From: Collinsella sp.
GTDB lineage: Bacteria > Actinomycetota > Coriobacteriia > Coriobacteriales > Coriobacteriaceae
DNA: 64,000 nt
Direction of reading: 5' to 3'
NCBI GenBank assembly: GCA_036426035.1
Contig: JAXJPE010000067.1
Location: forward strand, 11,726 to 75,725
The translations under genes and the position numbers were made by a program. Shown here in pieces: positions 29,397-39,260 of this stretch; the stretch's first letter is position 1; each line of letters opens with the position of its first letter. The notes under the pieces were generated by a model. That model searched no databases. It worked only from the letters and a program-made list of their open reading frames with translations, and had not been told where the DNA came from.

Positions 29397-29774
29397 TTAG
29401 AGAGCGGCGACGACCTCGATCTCAACCAGACCGCCGGCCGGAAGGGCGGCAACCTGGAAAGCGCTGCGCGCGGGGAACGGAGCCTCGAACTTGGAGGCGT
29501 AGATCTCGTTCACGGCAGCGAAGTCGGCGATGTCGGCCAGGTAGACCGTGGTCTTGACGACATCGGCAAAGGTGGCACCGGCAGCGGTCAGCAGCGCCTC
29601 GACGTTAGCAAGGGACTGCTTAGCCTGGGCCTCGACGCCCTCGGGCATCTTACCGGTTGCGGGGTCGATGCCCAGCTGGCCGGACAGGAACACCATGTTG
29701 CCGGTCTGGATGCCGGGGGAATACGGACCGATGGCTGCGGGTGCGTTATCGGAAGACACGACGGTCTTGCTCAT
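29397..29774 (-). CDS. RidA/YjgF-family enamine deaminase
   Basis: APAAIGPYS, SGQLGIDP, FPARS, LP.GGLVEIE. Confidence 0.93.
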   Translation of the reverse strand: MSKTVVSSDNAPAAIGPYSPGIQTGNMVFLSGQLGIDPATGKMPEGVEAQAKQSLANVEALLTAAGATFADVVKTTVYLADIADFAAVNEIYASKFEAPFPARSAFQVAALPAGGLVEIEVVAAL

Positions 29775-29976
29775 GTTTTTCTCCTTACGATCAGATAGAG
29801 AGCGTGAGCGCGGCGTTCGCACCGGGAGGCACAATTCGGTCTGAACACCGCGCTTGATTTGGGATAGTACTCAAGGTTTCCGCGCGATGCAAGATTATTA
29901 TCACGTTGCGAGAATATTTTATCGCCCAACGGCGCCTGTCGGCCGCTGAACGGCATGACCGGACGGTGAAGTTCGA

Positions 29977-30045
29977 AATGATCCGTTTCCCTCCGTCCCC
30001 CATGGATCACCTGATCCGCTGGGTACGGAGGGAAACGGATCATTT
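29977..30045. repeat. Inverted repeat; arm also present at ~29294 and partially at ~2700
   Basis: aaatgatccgtttccctccgt...acggagggaaacggatcattt. Confidence 0.75.
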
Positions 30046-30152
30046 TTGCTGCAAGGGCTGCTGAAGACTTTATCCTGCTTAGGCTGCGGGCATCGCCCAT
30101 CGCGACGGCGCCACTATACTTTTGAGTATCTGAGCATTTTGAAAGGCAGGAT

Positions 30153-32648
30153 ATGACCGCAACCGCCAGTCGAACCACCAACCGCAGACCCGAGCTTTTG
30201 GCGCCCGCCGGAGGGCCCGAACCCTTTGCCGCCGCACTAGCCGCCGGGGCAGACGCCATCTACTGCGGCATGGGCAGCTTCAACGCCCGCCGCAAGGCCA
30301 CCAATTTTACCGACGAGGCCTTTGAGCAAGCCTGCCGCGCCGCACACCTGGCCGGGTCGCGCGTCTACGTCACGGTCAACATCGTCATCAAGCAGTCCGA
30401 GATGGGCGATGCGCTGCAACTCATCCATCGCTGCTCCACGCTGGGCGCCGACGCCTTCATCATCCAGGACTGGGGCCTGTTCTTTGAGGTCAAGCGCACC
30501 CTGCCCGGCATCGAGACGCATATCTCGACCCAAGCGAACATCCATGACGACCGCGGGACTATCTGGTGCCGCGAGCAGGGCGCCGACCGCGTGACTCTCT
30601 CGCGCGAGCTTTCCATCGACGAGATTGCCGCCATTCACGATGCCGCGCCCGATGTGGACCTTGAGGTCTTCAGCCATGGCGCCATCTGCTTTTGCTACTC
30701 GGGCCTATGCCTGCTTTCGAGCTTTGCCATGGCGGGACGATCGGCCAACCGCGGCATGTGCGCCCAGCCCTGCCGCCTGCCCTACGAGCTGATCGACGAG
30801 AACGGTCGCGCGCTCTCCCCCGCCGGCCGCGAGCGTGCGCTATGCCCACGTGACACCAACACCTCACAGCTTGTTCGCCGTCTGCATGACGCCGGCGCCG
30901 CGTCGCTCAAGCTCGAGGGCCGCATGAAGGCGCCCGATTACGTGTACTCCATCGTTGATGTGTATCGTCGTCAGATTGATGACATGCTGGCCGGGGTCGC
31001 CGTAGATAAGGATGAGGATGCTGCCCGCCAGCGTCAACTCAAGCGCTGCTTTAACCGAGACTTTACGCACGCCTATCAGGACGGCACCTCGGGCGACGAG
31101 ATGATGAGCTACGAGCGTTCCAACAACCGCGGCCAGATCGTGGGCACGGTGCTGGGCAGCCGCCCGGCCAACCGCGATGTGCGCGGCCTCAAGCCCGACG
31201 ACCGCCGTCGCCGCGCCGCCATCGCCCGCATTGAGCTGTTTGAGCCCGTGGGCAAGGGCGACCTGCTGGAGCTTCGCCACGATAACGAGTTTGACCAGTT
31301 CCTGACCACCATTGCCGCCGATGATGCCGCCGCGGGCGACATCATCGAATGTCGCGTGCCCCGCAGCATGCCCGAGGGCTGTCGCGTCCGCGTGATTCGC
31401 AGTCAGCGTGCCATCGACGCCGCCGGCGCCGCGCTCAAGCGCGATGTGCTGCGCCGCCGAGCTGTTGATGTGTCCGTCGTGGCGCGTCTGGGCAAGCCGT
31501 TTACCGTTACGCTCACCTGCTGCGACGACCCCGCGCTCACTGCCACCGCCACCGGCTTTACCGTCGAGGCTGCCAAGACCCGCGCCGTCGAGACATCCGA
31601 TCTGGTAGAGCACGTCGGGCGCATGGGCTCCTCTCCCTTTGAGGCTGCGAGCTTTGATGTGGCGCTCGATGAGGGCTGCGGCATGGGCTTCTCCGCTGTG
31701 CACAAGGTGCGCGCCGCCGCCTGCAAAGCGCTGGAGAAGGCCATTCTGGCGCCGTACGAGGAACGCGGCCGCACGCTGGAGCTGCCGTCGACTGCCGTCA
31801 GTGAATCCCGCCCCACGCCCGAGCATTACCGCGATGAGCCGCAAATCTGCGCCACCGTCACCTCGCTCGAGGCCGCCGAGGCAGCCCGCGCGGAGGGTGC
31901 AACGCGCATCTACATGACCACCGACGCGCTCGATGCGGCCGACCTCTCCCCCGCCGACGCGCTTGAGCAGGGCATCGTACCCGTACTCGACGAGGTCTGC
32001 CGCGCCGTAGATCACGAGCGCGTCGATCCCTGGATCAATGCCGGAGTCACCGTCGCCGTCGGCAATATCTCCGAGCTCGCCGTAGCCGCGCAGGCCGGCG
32101 CCACGGTCGAGATTCGCTCTTGCCTGCCGGTGCACAACACGCCCTGCATGGAGGCGCTTGCCGAGCGCGGAGCCGGTGCGTTTTGGCTCTCGCCCGAGAT
32201 CACGCTCGACGAGATTGTCTCTCTCGGAGCCGCCGCGCCCACGGCTCTGGGCATCACCGTCTTTGGCCGCCCGCGCGTCATGACAAGCGAGCATTGCATT
32301 CTGCAGGTTGCCAACGGCTGCATCCACGATTGTGCCAACTGCCGTCTGCGTGCCCGCAAGCTGTCGCTCAAGAATATCGACGGCAAGGTCATGCCGGTGC
32401 GTACCGACATCCATGGCCGTTCTCGCCTGTACGATGCCTACCCCATCGACCTCACTCCGCAGGTTCCTCAGCTGCTCGATGCCGGCGTACGTCGTCTCAT
32501 GGTGGACGGAACGCTGCTCGAGACGGATGAGGTGGGCCGTGCCGTCGCCCGCGTCCGTCGTGCCGTCGAAGCAGCGCAGGCCGGCCGCAAGCCCGCCGCC
32601 CGCCTGCGCGGGGCGACCTCGGGCTGCATGTTTGTGGGAATCAGCTAA
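30153..32648 (+). CDS. U32-family protein with long C-terminal extension (RlhA-like RNA hydroxylation protein)
   Basis: PELLAPAG, GADAIY, HISTQ, HGAICFCYSGLC, NRGMCAQPCR, KLEGRMK. Confidence 0.88.
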   Translation: MTATASRTTNRRPELLAPAGGPEPFAAALAAGADAIYCGMGSFNARRKATNFTDEAFEQACRAAHLAGSRVYVTVNIVIKQSEMGDALQLIHRCSTLGADAFIIQDWGLFFEVKRTLPGIETHISTQANIHDDRGTIWCREQGADRVTLSRELSIDEIAAIHDAAPDVDLEVFSHGAICFCYSGLCLLSSFAMAGRSANRGMCAQPCRLPYELIDENGRALSPAGRERALCPRDTNTSQLVRRLHDAGAASLKLEGRMKAPDYVYSIVDVYRRQIDDMLAGVAVDKDEDAARQRQLKRCFNRDFTHAYQDGTSGDEMMSYERSNNRGQIVGTVLGSRPANRDVRGLKPDDRRRRAAIARIELFEPVGKGDLLELRHDNEFDQFLTTIAADDAAAGDIIECRVPRSMPEGCRVRVIRSQRAIDAAGAALKRDVLRRRAVDVSVVARLGKPFTVTLTCCDDPALTATATGFTVEAAKTRAVETSDLVEHVGRMGSSPFEAASFDVALDEGCGMGFSAVHKVRAAACKALEKAILAPYEERGRTLELPSTAVSESRPTPEHYRDEPQICATVTSLEAAEAARAEGATRIYMTTDALDAADLSPADALEQGIVPVLDEVCRAVDHERVDPWINAGVTVAVGNISELAVAAQAGATVEIRSCLPVHNTPCMEALAERGAGAFWLSPEITLDEIVSLGAAAPTALGITVFGRPRVMTSEHCILQVANGCIHDCANCRLRARKLSLKNIDGKVMPVRTDIHGRSRLYDAYPIDLTPQVPQLLDAGVRRLMVDGTLLETDEVGRAVARVRRAVEAAQAGRKPAARLRGATSGCMFVGIS

Positions 32649-32663
32649 CCGAAAGGCTTACAC

Positions 32664-33323
32664 GTGAACGAAGAACCTCAAGTCCTCTACTGCGACGCCT
32701 GGCTCATGGCCATCGACAAGCCCGCCGGCATGATCGTCCACGGCGACGGCACCGGCGAGCGCACGCTCACCGACTACGCCAGCGACCTGCTGCTGGCGAT
32801 GGGCGACGGCTTTGCCGCGACCGACATGCAACCGCTCAACCGCTTGGACCGCGGCACCACCGGCGTGGTGTTGTTCTCGCTCGACAAGCGGACGCAGCCC
32901 GCTTTTGACCAGATGGTCATCGACCACGCATTCGAAAAGCACTATCTGGCGCTCGCCGAGGGCAAGATCGACTGGAACGAAAAGCTCATCGACAAGCCCA
33001 TCGCCCGCGACCGCCACGACAGTCGCAAGATGCGCGTCGGCGCCAGCGGCAAGCCGTCTCAGACGCGCGTGAAGGTGCTCAAGCGTCTTAAGAGCCGTCG
33101 TGGCCTGCCCACGCGCTCGTATATCGATGTCGAGCTGCTCACCGGCCGCAAGCACCAAATCCGTGTGCATCTGGCGAGCGAGCGTCATCCCCTGGTTGGC
33201 GACGACCTGTACGGAACGCCGCGCCCCTGCGGCCTGATGCTCCATGCCCACAGCGTGTCCTTTACGCATCCCGTAACCGGAGAGCACATCCACATCGAAG
33301 CCCCTTGCCCCTGGGAGCCCTAA
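32664..33323 (+). CDS. RluA-family pseudouridine synthase
   Basis: DKPAG, NRLDRGTTG, TGRKHQIRVH, LVGDDLY, LHA. Confidence 0.92.
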   Translation: MNEEPQVLYCDAWLMAIDKPAGMIVHGDGTGERTLTDYASDLLLAMGDGFAATDMQPLNRLDRGTTGVVLFSLDKRTQPAFDQMVIDHAFEKHYLALAEGKIDWNEKLIDKPIARDRHDSRKMRVGASGKPSQTRVKVLKRLKSRRGLPTRSYIDVELLTGRKHQIRVHLASERHPLVGDDLYGTPRPCGLMLHAHSVSFTHPVTGEHIHIEAPCPWEP

Positions 33324-33393
33324 AACCTGCCAATAAGGGACGGGCGCCTTGGTGGTGGCTTTGTCGCAACAGCTCAGCCACGGTCCCAAAACG

Positions 33394-33609
33394 TCTCGAT
33401 CTGTAACAGTTAGAACCCATTTTCCGGTCTATCTGTTACAGATCGAGACGCTCAAATCCCCCGCAAGGGAAAATCTAAATCTGTAACAATAACTCGGCAA
33501 AATTAGCCCCAGATGTTACAGATCGAGACAAAGGGTCCATGTGATTCGGAAGAATCTCGATCTGTAACATCTAACCCACTCTTAACGGTCTAGTTGTTAC
33601 AGATTGAGA
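33394..33609. repeat. Array of six alternating inverted 15-mers (TCTCGATCTGTAACA) with 25-26 nt unique spacers
   Basis: Copies at 33394,33434(rc),33474,33514(rc),33555,33595(rc). Confidence 0.93.
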
Positions 33610-33625
33610 TAAACCGGCAGATAAC

Positions 33626-33661
33626 AAAAGCGGCAACGCCCGTAATGGACGTTGCCGCTTC
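33626..33661 (-). terminator. Intrinsic terminator after DeoR gene
   Basis: aaaagcggcaacg...cgttgccgctt. Confidence 0.7.
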
Positions 33662-33725
33662 TGTTGTTGAACCATCACAATGGGGACAGGCACCTTTGTG
33701 GTGGTTTTGGCCATGTCCCCCGTTG

Positions 33726-34472
33726 CTAGACCGTGACGACGTTGTCCATCGACTGGTACTTGGCGGGCACCTCGCCCGCAGTGATAATCGTTGCGTCGCG
33801 GAAGTCCGCGAACTTGACGGGCGCCACCATGCCGAATTTGCTGGCGTCTGAGATTACGAAGCGTTTGGCGGTATGGCGCATCGAGATACGCTTTACTTGC
33901 GCTTCCTCGATATCCGGTGTGGTGAGACCTTGCTCGGCGGCGATGCCATTGGAACCCCAAAAGCCGCAGTTGAAGTTATAGCGGTCCAGGGTTGCCAAGG
34001 CGTCGGGACCGACGAGCGCCTCGGTCTCGGGCTTGAGCTCGCCGCCCAGCACCACGGTGCGCATGCCGCGCAGAGCGAGATGCTGAGCATGGAGCACGGA
34101 GTCGGTCACATAGGTGACGCCCTCAAGGCGCGGAAGATGCTCGATGAGCCTAAGCGTCGTCGAACCTGAATCGATGTACACAAAGCTCTCGGGCTCCACA
34201 AACGCCGCCGCACGGGCGCAGATGCGCTCCTTATCGTCGTTATGGAGATCACTGCGCTCGCCGATCGTCAGGTCGCGCGTCACGTGCGCGCGCTCCAGAC
34301 TCGTCGCGCCTCCGTGTACCTTGGCGATACGGTGCGCGCGGTCGAGCGTTTGCAAGTCGCGGCGAATGGTGGACGGTGTCACGCCCAGGGCTTCGGCAAG
34401 CTCCGGCACGGTAACCGAGCCGGCCTGCTGCACCATCGACACAATCGCGTTGAGCCTATCTTCCGCAAGCAT
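33726..34472 (-). CDS. DeoR/GlpR (FruR-like) transcriptional regulator
   Basis: LAEALGVTPSTIRRDL..VHGGA, YIDSGSTT, DASKFG. Confidence 0.93.
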   Translation of the reverse strand: MLAEDRLNAIVSMVQQAGSVTVPELAEALGVTPSTIRRDLQTLDRAHRIAKVHGGATSLERAHVTRDLTIGERSDLHNDDKERICARAAAFVEPESFVYIDSGSTTLRLIEHLPRLEGVTYVTDSVLHAQHLALRGMRTVVLGGELKPETEALVGPDALATLDRYNFNCGFWGSNGIAAEQGLTTPDIEEAQVKRISMRHTAKRFVISDASKFGMVAPVKFADFRDATIITAGEVPAKYQSMDNVVTV

Positions 34473-34475
34473 CGC

Positions 34476-35555
34476 TTACTCCTCCTCGGGGTACACGACT
34501 CCCCAGTCGGCGCGGAGCTTGGTCATCAGCTCCATAACATCGGAAGCATAGCCCAGAAGCTCGCGCTTCGAATCATCGCCGGCAACGGCCTTCTCCAGGT
34601 CGGCCATCTCGTAGCACAGAGCGTAGGCCTCGGTGCCGGCGTGGACCTCCTCACGGTGCCCGTCCGCAGTCCACACGATGATCGCATGGTCGGCGCGCGG
34701 ATACTCGTTGACCTCGATATAGCACTTGTCGAAGCTGATAACCGAGCGCTTGGGCTGCTTGGAGTGGAGCGTAAGGCTCACGACGCCCAGCTGCTGCTCG
34801 GCGTTACGGCAGACAATGCCGCCCGCGACGTCAACGCCAGTCTCGCAGGTATTGCCCAGCGAGACAACCTCAGCGGGCTGGCTGGCCATAAAGAGGCGCA
34901 TGACGGACAGGGCATACACGCCAATATCGAGCATGGCGCCGCCGGCGAGACTGCGGTTGTAGAACCGGTTGGTCAGGTCGCCGTACTCCTTATAGCTGCC
35001 AAAGTTGAGCTGGGCGAGGTTCATGCGGCCAAAGTCGCCCGCATCCATGCGACGGCGCAGCTCCTGATACAGCGGCATGTGGAGCACCGTGGTAGCATCC
35101 ATAAGGACCACGTTGTGCTCGTCGGCGATGGTACGGGCCTCGTCGAGCTCGGCAGAGTTGAGGGTAATGGCCTTCTCGCAGAGCACGTGCTTGCCGGCGG
35201 CCAGCGCGGCACGCAGATAGGTGATATGCGTGTTGTGCGGCGTGGTGATATAGACGGCGTCGATATCCGGATCGGCATAGAGGTCCTCAACCGTTTCATA
35301 GACCTTCTCGATGCCATACTGCTCAGCAAAAGCCTGGGCCTTGGACAGCGTGCGGTTGGCGACGCCCGCAAGCTTGCGGCCGGCCAGCGCGAGGGACTGG
35401 GCCATTTGGTTGGCGATAACGCCACAACCGATCACAGCCCAGCGAAGCTCGGGAGCCGTAAAGATGTCGTTAGGGAACGGCTTATCCTGGACCGAAGCGA
35501 ACGCTGCTTTTGCGGCTGCCGCGGAGTCGAGTGGAGCCTGCTTGGAATCTGCCAT
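34476..35555 (-). CDS. Gfo/Idh/MocA-family oxidoreductase
   Basis: WAVIGCGVIA, DAVYITTPH, HVLCEKA, GGAMLDIGVY. Confidence 0.92.
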   Translation of the reverse strand: MADSKQAPLDSAAAAKAAFASVQDKPFPNDIFTAPELRWAVIGCGVIANQMAQSLALAGRKLAGVANRTLSKAQAFAEQYGIEKVYETVEDLYADPDIDAVYITTPHNTHITYLRAALAAGKHVLCEKAITLNSAELDEARTIADEHNVVLMDATTVLHMPLYQELRRRMDAGDFGRMNLAQLNFGSYKEYGDLTNRFYNRSLAGGAMLDIGVYALSVMRLFMASQPAEVVSLGNTCETGVDVAGGIVCRNAEQQLGVVSLTLHSKQPKRSVISFDKCYIEVNEYPRADHAIIVWTADGHREEVHAGTEAYALCYEMADLEKAVAGDDSKRELLGYASDVMELMTKLRADWGVVYPEEE

Positions 35556-35908
35556 ATGTGCCTCCTGAATTATCGGAAGTTCTTCATTTCCAACAGCCTT
35601 ATATTCGCACAAATGCGCGCGCATTTGCTTGTATTTGCGTGTTTATTTGTTTATCGGTCATTATTTAGCCATATTTTGCACATTTTTACGCGATCATACG
35701 CATTAACACGCAATGCTATGCGCGATAATGCGCATGCGAGGATCCTTACGAAACATAAAGAGACGGAACACCAAAGCCCCAAAAGACAGAGTAGTCCGTG
35801 ATACTCGACACCTCCGGGGGCATCGAACATCAAAGGACCGCCCCGAACTACCGGCACATAGGGAACGTCCCCATGTGCCGCTTTCGTTGCAAGGCTGTCC
35901 CCATCGAC

Positions 35909-35993
35909 CACTCATTTTAGTCTGTCCCCAATGAGCGCAATCACTCATGTAAGTCTGTCCCCAATGAGTAATTTAAGTCTGTCCCCAATGAGT
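35909..35993. repeat. Three copies of AGTCTGTCCCCAATGAG (REP-like)
   Basis: Copies at 35919, 35952, 35976. Confidence 0.85.
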
Positions 35994-36001
35994 AGGGATA
36001 G

Positions 36002-36037
36002 AAAAAGGCCCGGGTGCCGTGAGGCATCCGGGCCTTT
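36002..36037 (-). terminator. Intrinsic terminator after rplX
   Basis: aaaaaggcccgggtgcc-gtga-ggcatccgggccttt. Confidence 0.8.
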
Positions 36038-36063
36038 GCTAGCAACTTGATGTTGCGGGCAGC

Positions 36064-36369
36064 TTAGAACTTGTGGCCGCACTTCTTGCAGACGCGCAGC
36101 TTGTTCTTGCCGTCCTTCTCGTGACCGACGCGGGTAACCTTACCGCACTCGGGGCAAACGAGATTGACGTTGGAGGCGTCGATGGGAGCCTCCTGCGAAA
36201 CGATGCCGCCCTGCTGGTTGGCAGCGTTGGGCTTGACGGCCTTCTTGACGACCGAAACGCCCTCGACAACGACCTTGTTCTCGGCGGGGAGAGCACGCAG
36301 GACAACGCCCTGCTTGCCGCGATCCTTACCAGAGAGAACCTGGACCTTATCGCCCTTCTTGATATACAT
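36064..36369 (-). CDS. rplX: 50S ribosomal protein L24
   Basis: [28 protein letters not shown]. Confidence 0.98.
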   Translation of the reverse strand: MYIKKGDKVQVLSGKDRGKQGVVLRALPAENKVVVEGVSVVKKAVKPNAANQQGGIVSQEAPIDASNVNLVCPECGKVTRVGHEKDGKNKLRVCKKCGHKF

Positions 36370-36382
36370 ATATCTCCCCTAA

Positions 36383-36751
36383 CTACAGGGTCTCGGGAGC
36401 GAGCGAGACGATCTTCATGTACTTCTTGTCACGAAGCTCGCGAGCGACGGGCCCGAAGATACGGGTGCCGACGGGCGAACCATCGTTGTTGATGACAACG
36501 CAGGCGTTCTCATCAAAGCGAATGTAGGAGCCATCCTTGCGGCGGATCTCCTTAACGGTGCGAACGACGACGCAACGGACAACGTCCTTCTTCTTGACGT
36601 TGGCGCCAGGGGTAGCCTCCTGGACAGCACCGATGAACACATCGCCGATGCCTGCATAACGACGCTTGGAACCGCCAAGCACCTTGATGCAGCGAATCTT
36701 GCGAGCGCCGGAGTTGTCGGCGACGTTCAGCATGGTTTGCATCTGAATCAT
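36383..36751 (-). CDS. rplN: 50S ribosomal protein L14
   Basis: [20 protein letters not shown]. Confidence 0.98.
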   Translation of the reverse strand: MIQMQTMLNVADNSGARKIRCIKVLGGSKRRYAGIGDVFIGAVQEATPGANVKKKDVVRCVVVRTVKEIRRKDGSYIRFDENACVVINNDGSPVGTRIFGPVARELRDKKYMKIVSLAPETL

Positions 36752-36869
36752 GGTAGATGTTCCTCCGAACTAAGAACCGAAGAGAGGTGCGCAGCCTTTA
36801 TACGGCCTGTGGTATGCAAGCCAGGCATACGCACATCTTCGGAAACGTACAAGTCGTAAGAGCGACTGC

Positions 36870-37130
36870 TTATTTAGCGCGCTCGACGACCTCGATGAGG
36901 CGCCAACGCTTCATCTTGGACATAGGACGGGTCTCCATAACGCGGACGGTATCGCCCACGCCAGCCGTGCACTCCTCGTCGTGAGCGTGCAGCTTCTTGG
37001 AGCTGGTCATCATCTTGCCGTACTTGGGGTGACGCTTGCGCTCGGTGATGGTGACGACAATGGTCTTGGCACCGGAGACGGAGGTAACGACACCCGTACG
37101 GACCTTACGCGAGTTACGCGAATCAGTCAT
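36870..37130 (-). CDS. rpsQ: 30S ribosomal protein S17
   Basis: HPKYGK..AHDE..ETRPMSKMKRW. Confidence 0.98.
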   Translation of the reverse strand: MTDSRNSRKVRTGVVTSVSGAKTIVVTITERKRHPKYGKMMTSSKKLHAHDEECTAGVGDTVRVMETRPMSKMKRWRLIEVVERAK

Positions 37131-37146
37131 GTTCTCTCCTTAGGTC

Positions 37147-37362
37147 CTACTCGGCGACAGCGGACTTCTCCGCTGCGATCTCGCGGGCGCGCTGCTCCGT
37201 GAGGACGCGAGCGATGTCCTTCTTCACGGTGTTGACGCGAGCGGTGTTGTCCAGCTGGCTGGTGGCCATCTGGAAACGAAGGTTAAAGAGCTCGGCGCGC
37301 ATTTCCTTCAGCTTCTCAACGAGCTGAGCGTCCGAGAGCTCACGAATCTCTGCGGGCTTCAT
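37147..37362 (-). CDS. rpmC: 50S ribosomal protein L29
   Basis: ELFNLRFQMAT..KDIARVLT. Confidence 0.97.
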   Translation of the reverse strand: MKPAEIRELSDAQLVEKLKEMRAELFNLRFQMATSQLDNTARVNTVKKDIARVLTEQRAREIAAEKSAVAE

Positions 37363-37865
37363 TAGTTCTCCTCCTTGGCGGCGGCGGCGTCCTCAGCAGC
37401 CCACTTGGCCTCGAGAGCGGCCTCCTCAGCCATCTCCTTCTCGATGCGCTGCTCAGCGTTCTTAGCAGCAACAATCTTGGTCTTGATGGGAAGCTTGTGC
37501 TGTGCAAGACGCAGAGCCTCGCGAGCGACCTCCTCGGGCACGCCCTTGACCTCGAACATGATGCGGCCGGGCTTGACAACGGCCACCCACTCCTCGGGGT
37601 TACCCTTACCAGAACCCATGCGAGTCTCGGCAGGCTTCTTGGTGATGGGCTTATCGGGGAAGATCGTGATGTAGACACGACCGCCACGCTTCATGTAGCG
37701 GGTCATGGCAATACGAGCGGCCTCGATCTGACGGTTGGTGATCCAATGGGCCTCGAGAGCCTGGATACCAAACTCGCCGAAATGCAGCTCGGTATTACCC
37801 TTGGCCTGGCCCTTCATGGAGCCACGCTGCACCTTGCGGTGAAGAATACGCTTAGGGGCAAGCAC
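37362..37865 (-). CDS. rplP: 50S ribosomal protein L16
   Basis: [22 protein letters not shown]. Confidence 0.98.
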   Translation of the reverse strand: MLAPKRILHRKVQRGSMKGQAKGNTELHFGEFGIQALEAHWITNRQIEAARIAMTRYMKRGGRVYITIFPDKPITKKPAETRMGSGKGNPEEWVAVVKPGRIMFEVKGVPEEVAREALRLAQHKLPIKTKIVAAKNAEQRIEKEMAEEAALEAKWAAEDAAAAKEEN

Positions 37866-38575
37866 TACTGACCCCTCCTCTCGGAGTTACGACGACGAGG
37901 ACGGGAAGAGCCCTCGAGTGCAGGGTTGGGAACAGGCTGGCCCGGGAGCTTCTCGCCCAGGTAGATCCAGACCTTCACGCCGCAAGCGCCCATGGTGGTG
38001 CTGGCGACAGCCGTGCCGTAGTCGATCTTGGCACGGAGGGTGTGCAGAGGCACGCGACCCTCACGGTACCACTCACGACGGCCCATCTCGGCACCGCCGA
38101 GACGACCGGAGCACTGGATACGGATGCCCTTAGCGCCGGCCTTGCGGGCGGACTGGACAGCCTTGCGCATAGCGCGACGGAAGGCAACGCGGCCCTCGAG
38201 CTGCTCAGCGATAGACTGAGCAACGAGGTTGGCGTCGAGCTCGGGGCGCTTGATCTCGACAACGTCGACGGAGAGCTGGCCCTTGGAGACGCCAGCGACC
38301 TTCTCGAGCTCGGTGCGGAGGGTATCGATCTCGGCACCCTTCTTACCGATGACAACGCCGGGGCGAGCGGTGAGGATGATGACCTTCACCTTGTCGCCAG
38401 CGCGCTCGATCTCGACGCGGGAGACAGCTGCGCGGGAAAGACGCTTCTCGAGGTACTTGCGGATCTCGAGATCGTTACCGAGGGTCTTAGCGTAATCCTT
38501 CTCTGCGAACCAGCGGGAGCGCCAGTTCTCGGTGATGCCAAGACGGAAGCCGGTGGGGTAGACTTTCTGACCCAT
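37865..38575 (-). CDS. rpsC: 30S ribosomal protein S3
   Basis: [22 protein letters not shown]. Confidence 0.98.
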   Translation of the reverse strand: MGQKVYPTGFRLGITENWRSRWFAEKDYAKTLGNDLEIRKYLEKRLSRAAVSRVEIERAGDKVKVIILTARPGVVIGKKGAEIDTLRTELEKVAGVSKGQLSVDVVEIKRPELDANLVAQSIAEQLEGRVAFRRAMRKAVQSARKAGAKGIRIQCSGRLGGAEMGRREWYREGRVPLHTLRAKIDYGTAVASTTMGACGVKVWIYLGEKLPGQPVPNPALEGSSRPRRRNSERRGQ

Positions 38576-38581
38576 ACAGCT

Positions 38582-38953
38582 TTACGCCTCCTTTCGAGGA
38601 GCAACGACGACGGTGATGTGGGAAGTACGCTTCAGAATGCGAGAAGCGGAACCCTTGGCGCGGGGACGGATGCGCTTAAGCGTCGGACCCTCGTCAACAT
38701 AGGCAGCGGCGACAACCAGGTTGTCGGCACGCAGACCGTTGTTGTTCTCGGCGTTCGCAACGGCGGAACGGAGAACCTTCTCGACATCCACAGCGACGGC
38801 GCGGTCGCAGAAGTGGAGGATGTCGAAGGCCTGAGCGACAGGCTTGCGGCGGATCAGATCGACCACCAGGCGGGCCTTGCTGGGGGAAACACGCACGTAC
38901 TTAGCGACGGCGCGAACCTCGGTGGCCTCAGTTTCAATAGACTTAGTTGCCAT
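38582..38953 (-). CDS. rplV: 50S ribosomal protein L22
   Basis: [27 protein letters not shown]. Confidence 0.98.
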   Translation of the reverse strand: MATKSIETEATEVRAVAKYVRVSPSKARLVVDLIRRKPVAQAFDILHFCDRAVAVDVEKVLRSAVANAENNNGLRADNLVVAAAYVDEGPTLKRIRPRAKGSASRILKRTSHITVVVAPRKEA

Positions 38954-38967
38954 TTACGGTTAACCCC

Positions 38968-39228
38968 CTATTTGGCCTTGTGGCCACGGAACGTACGAGT
39001 CGGCGCGAACTCGCCGAGCTTGTGACCAACCATGGACTCGGTAACATACACGGGCACATGCTTGCGGCCGTCGTGGACGGCGATGGTGTGACCAACCATC
39101 TCGGGGAAGATGGTGGACGCGCGGGACCAGGTCTTCACGACGTCCTTCTTGCCAGCCTCGTTCATCGCGGTGATACGCGAGAGAAGGCGAGTCTCCACGA
39201 ACGGGCCCTTTTTGAGACTTCTGCTCAT
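38968..39228 (-). CDS. rpsS: 30S ribosomal protein S19
   Basis: [24 protein letters not shown]. Confidence 0.98.
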   Translation of the reverse strand: MSRSLKKGPFVETRLLSRITAMNEAGKKDVVKTWSRASTIFPEMVGHTIAVHDGRKHVPVYVTESMVGHKLGEFAPTRTFRGHKAK

Positions 39229-39260
39229 AAGTGCTTTCTCCTAAAACTCGGTATCCGAAA

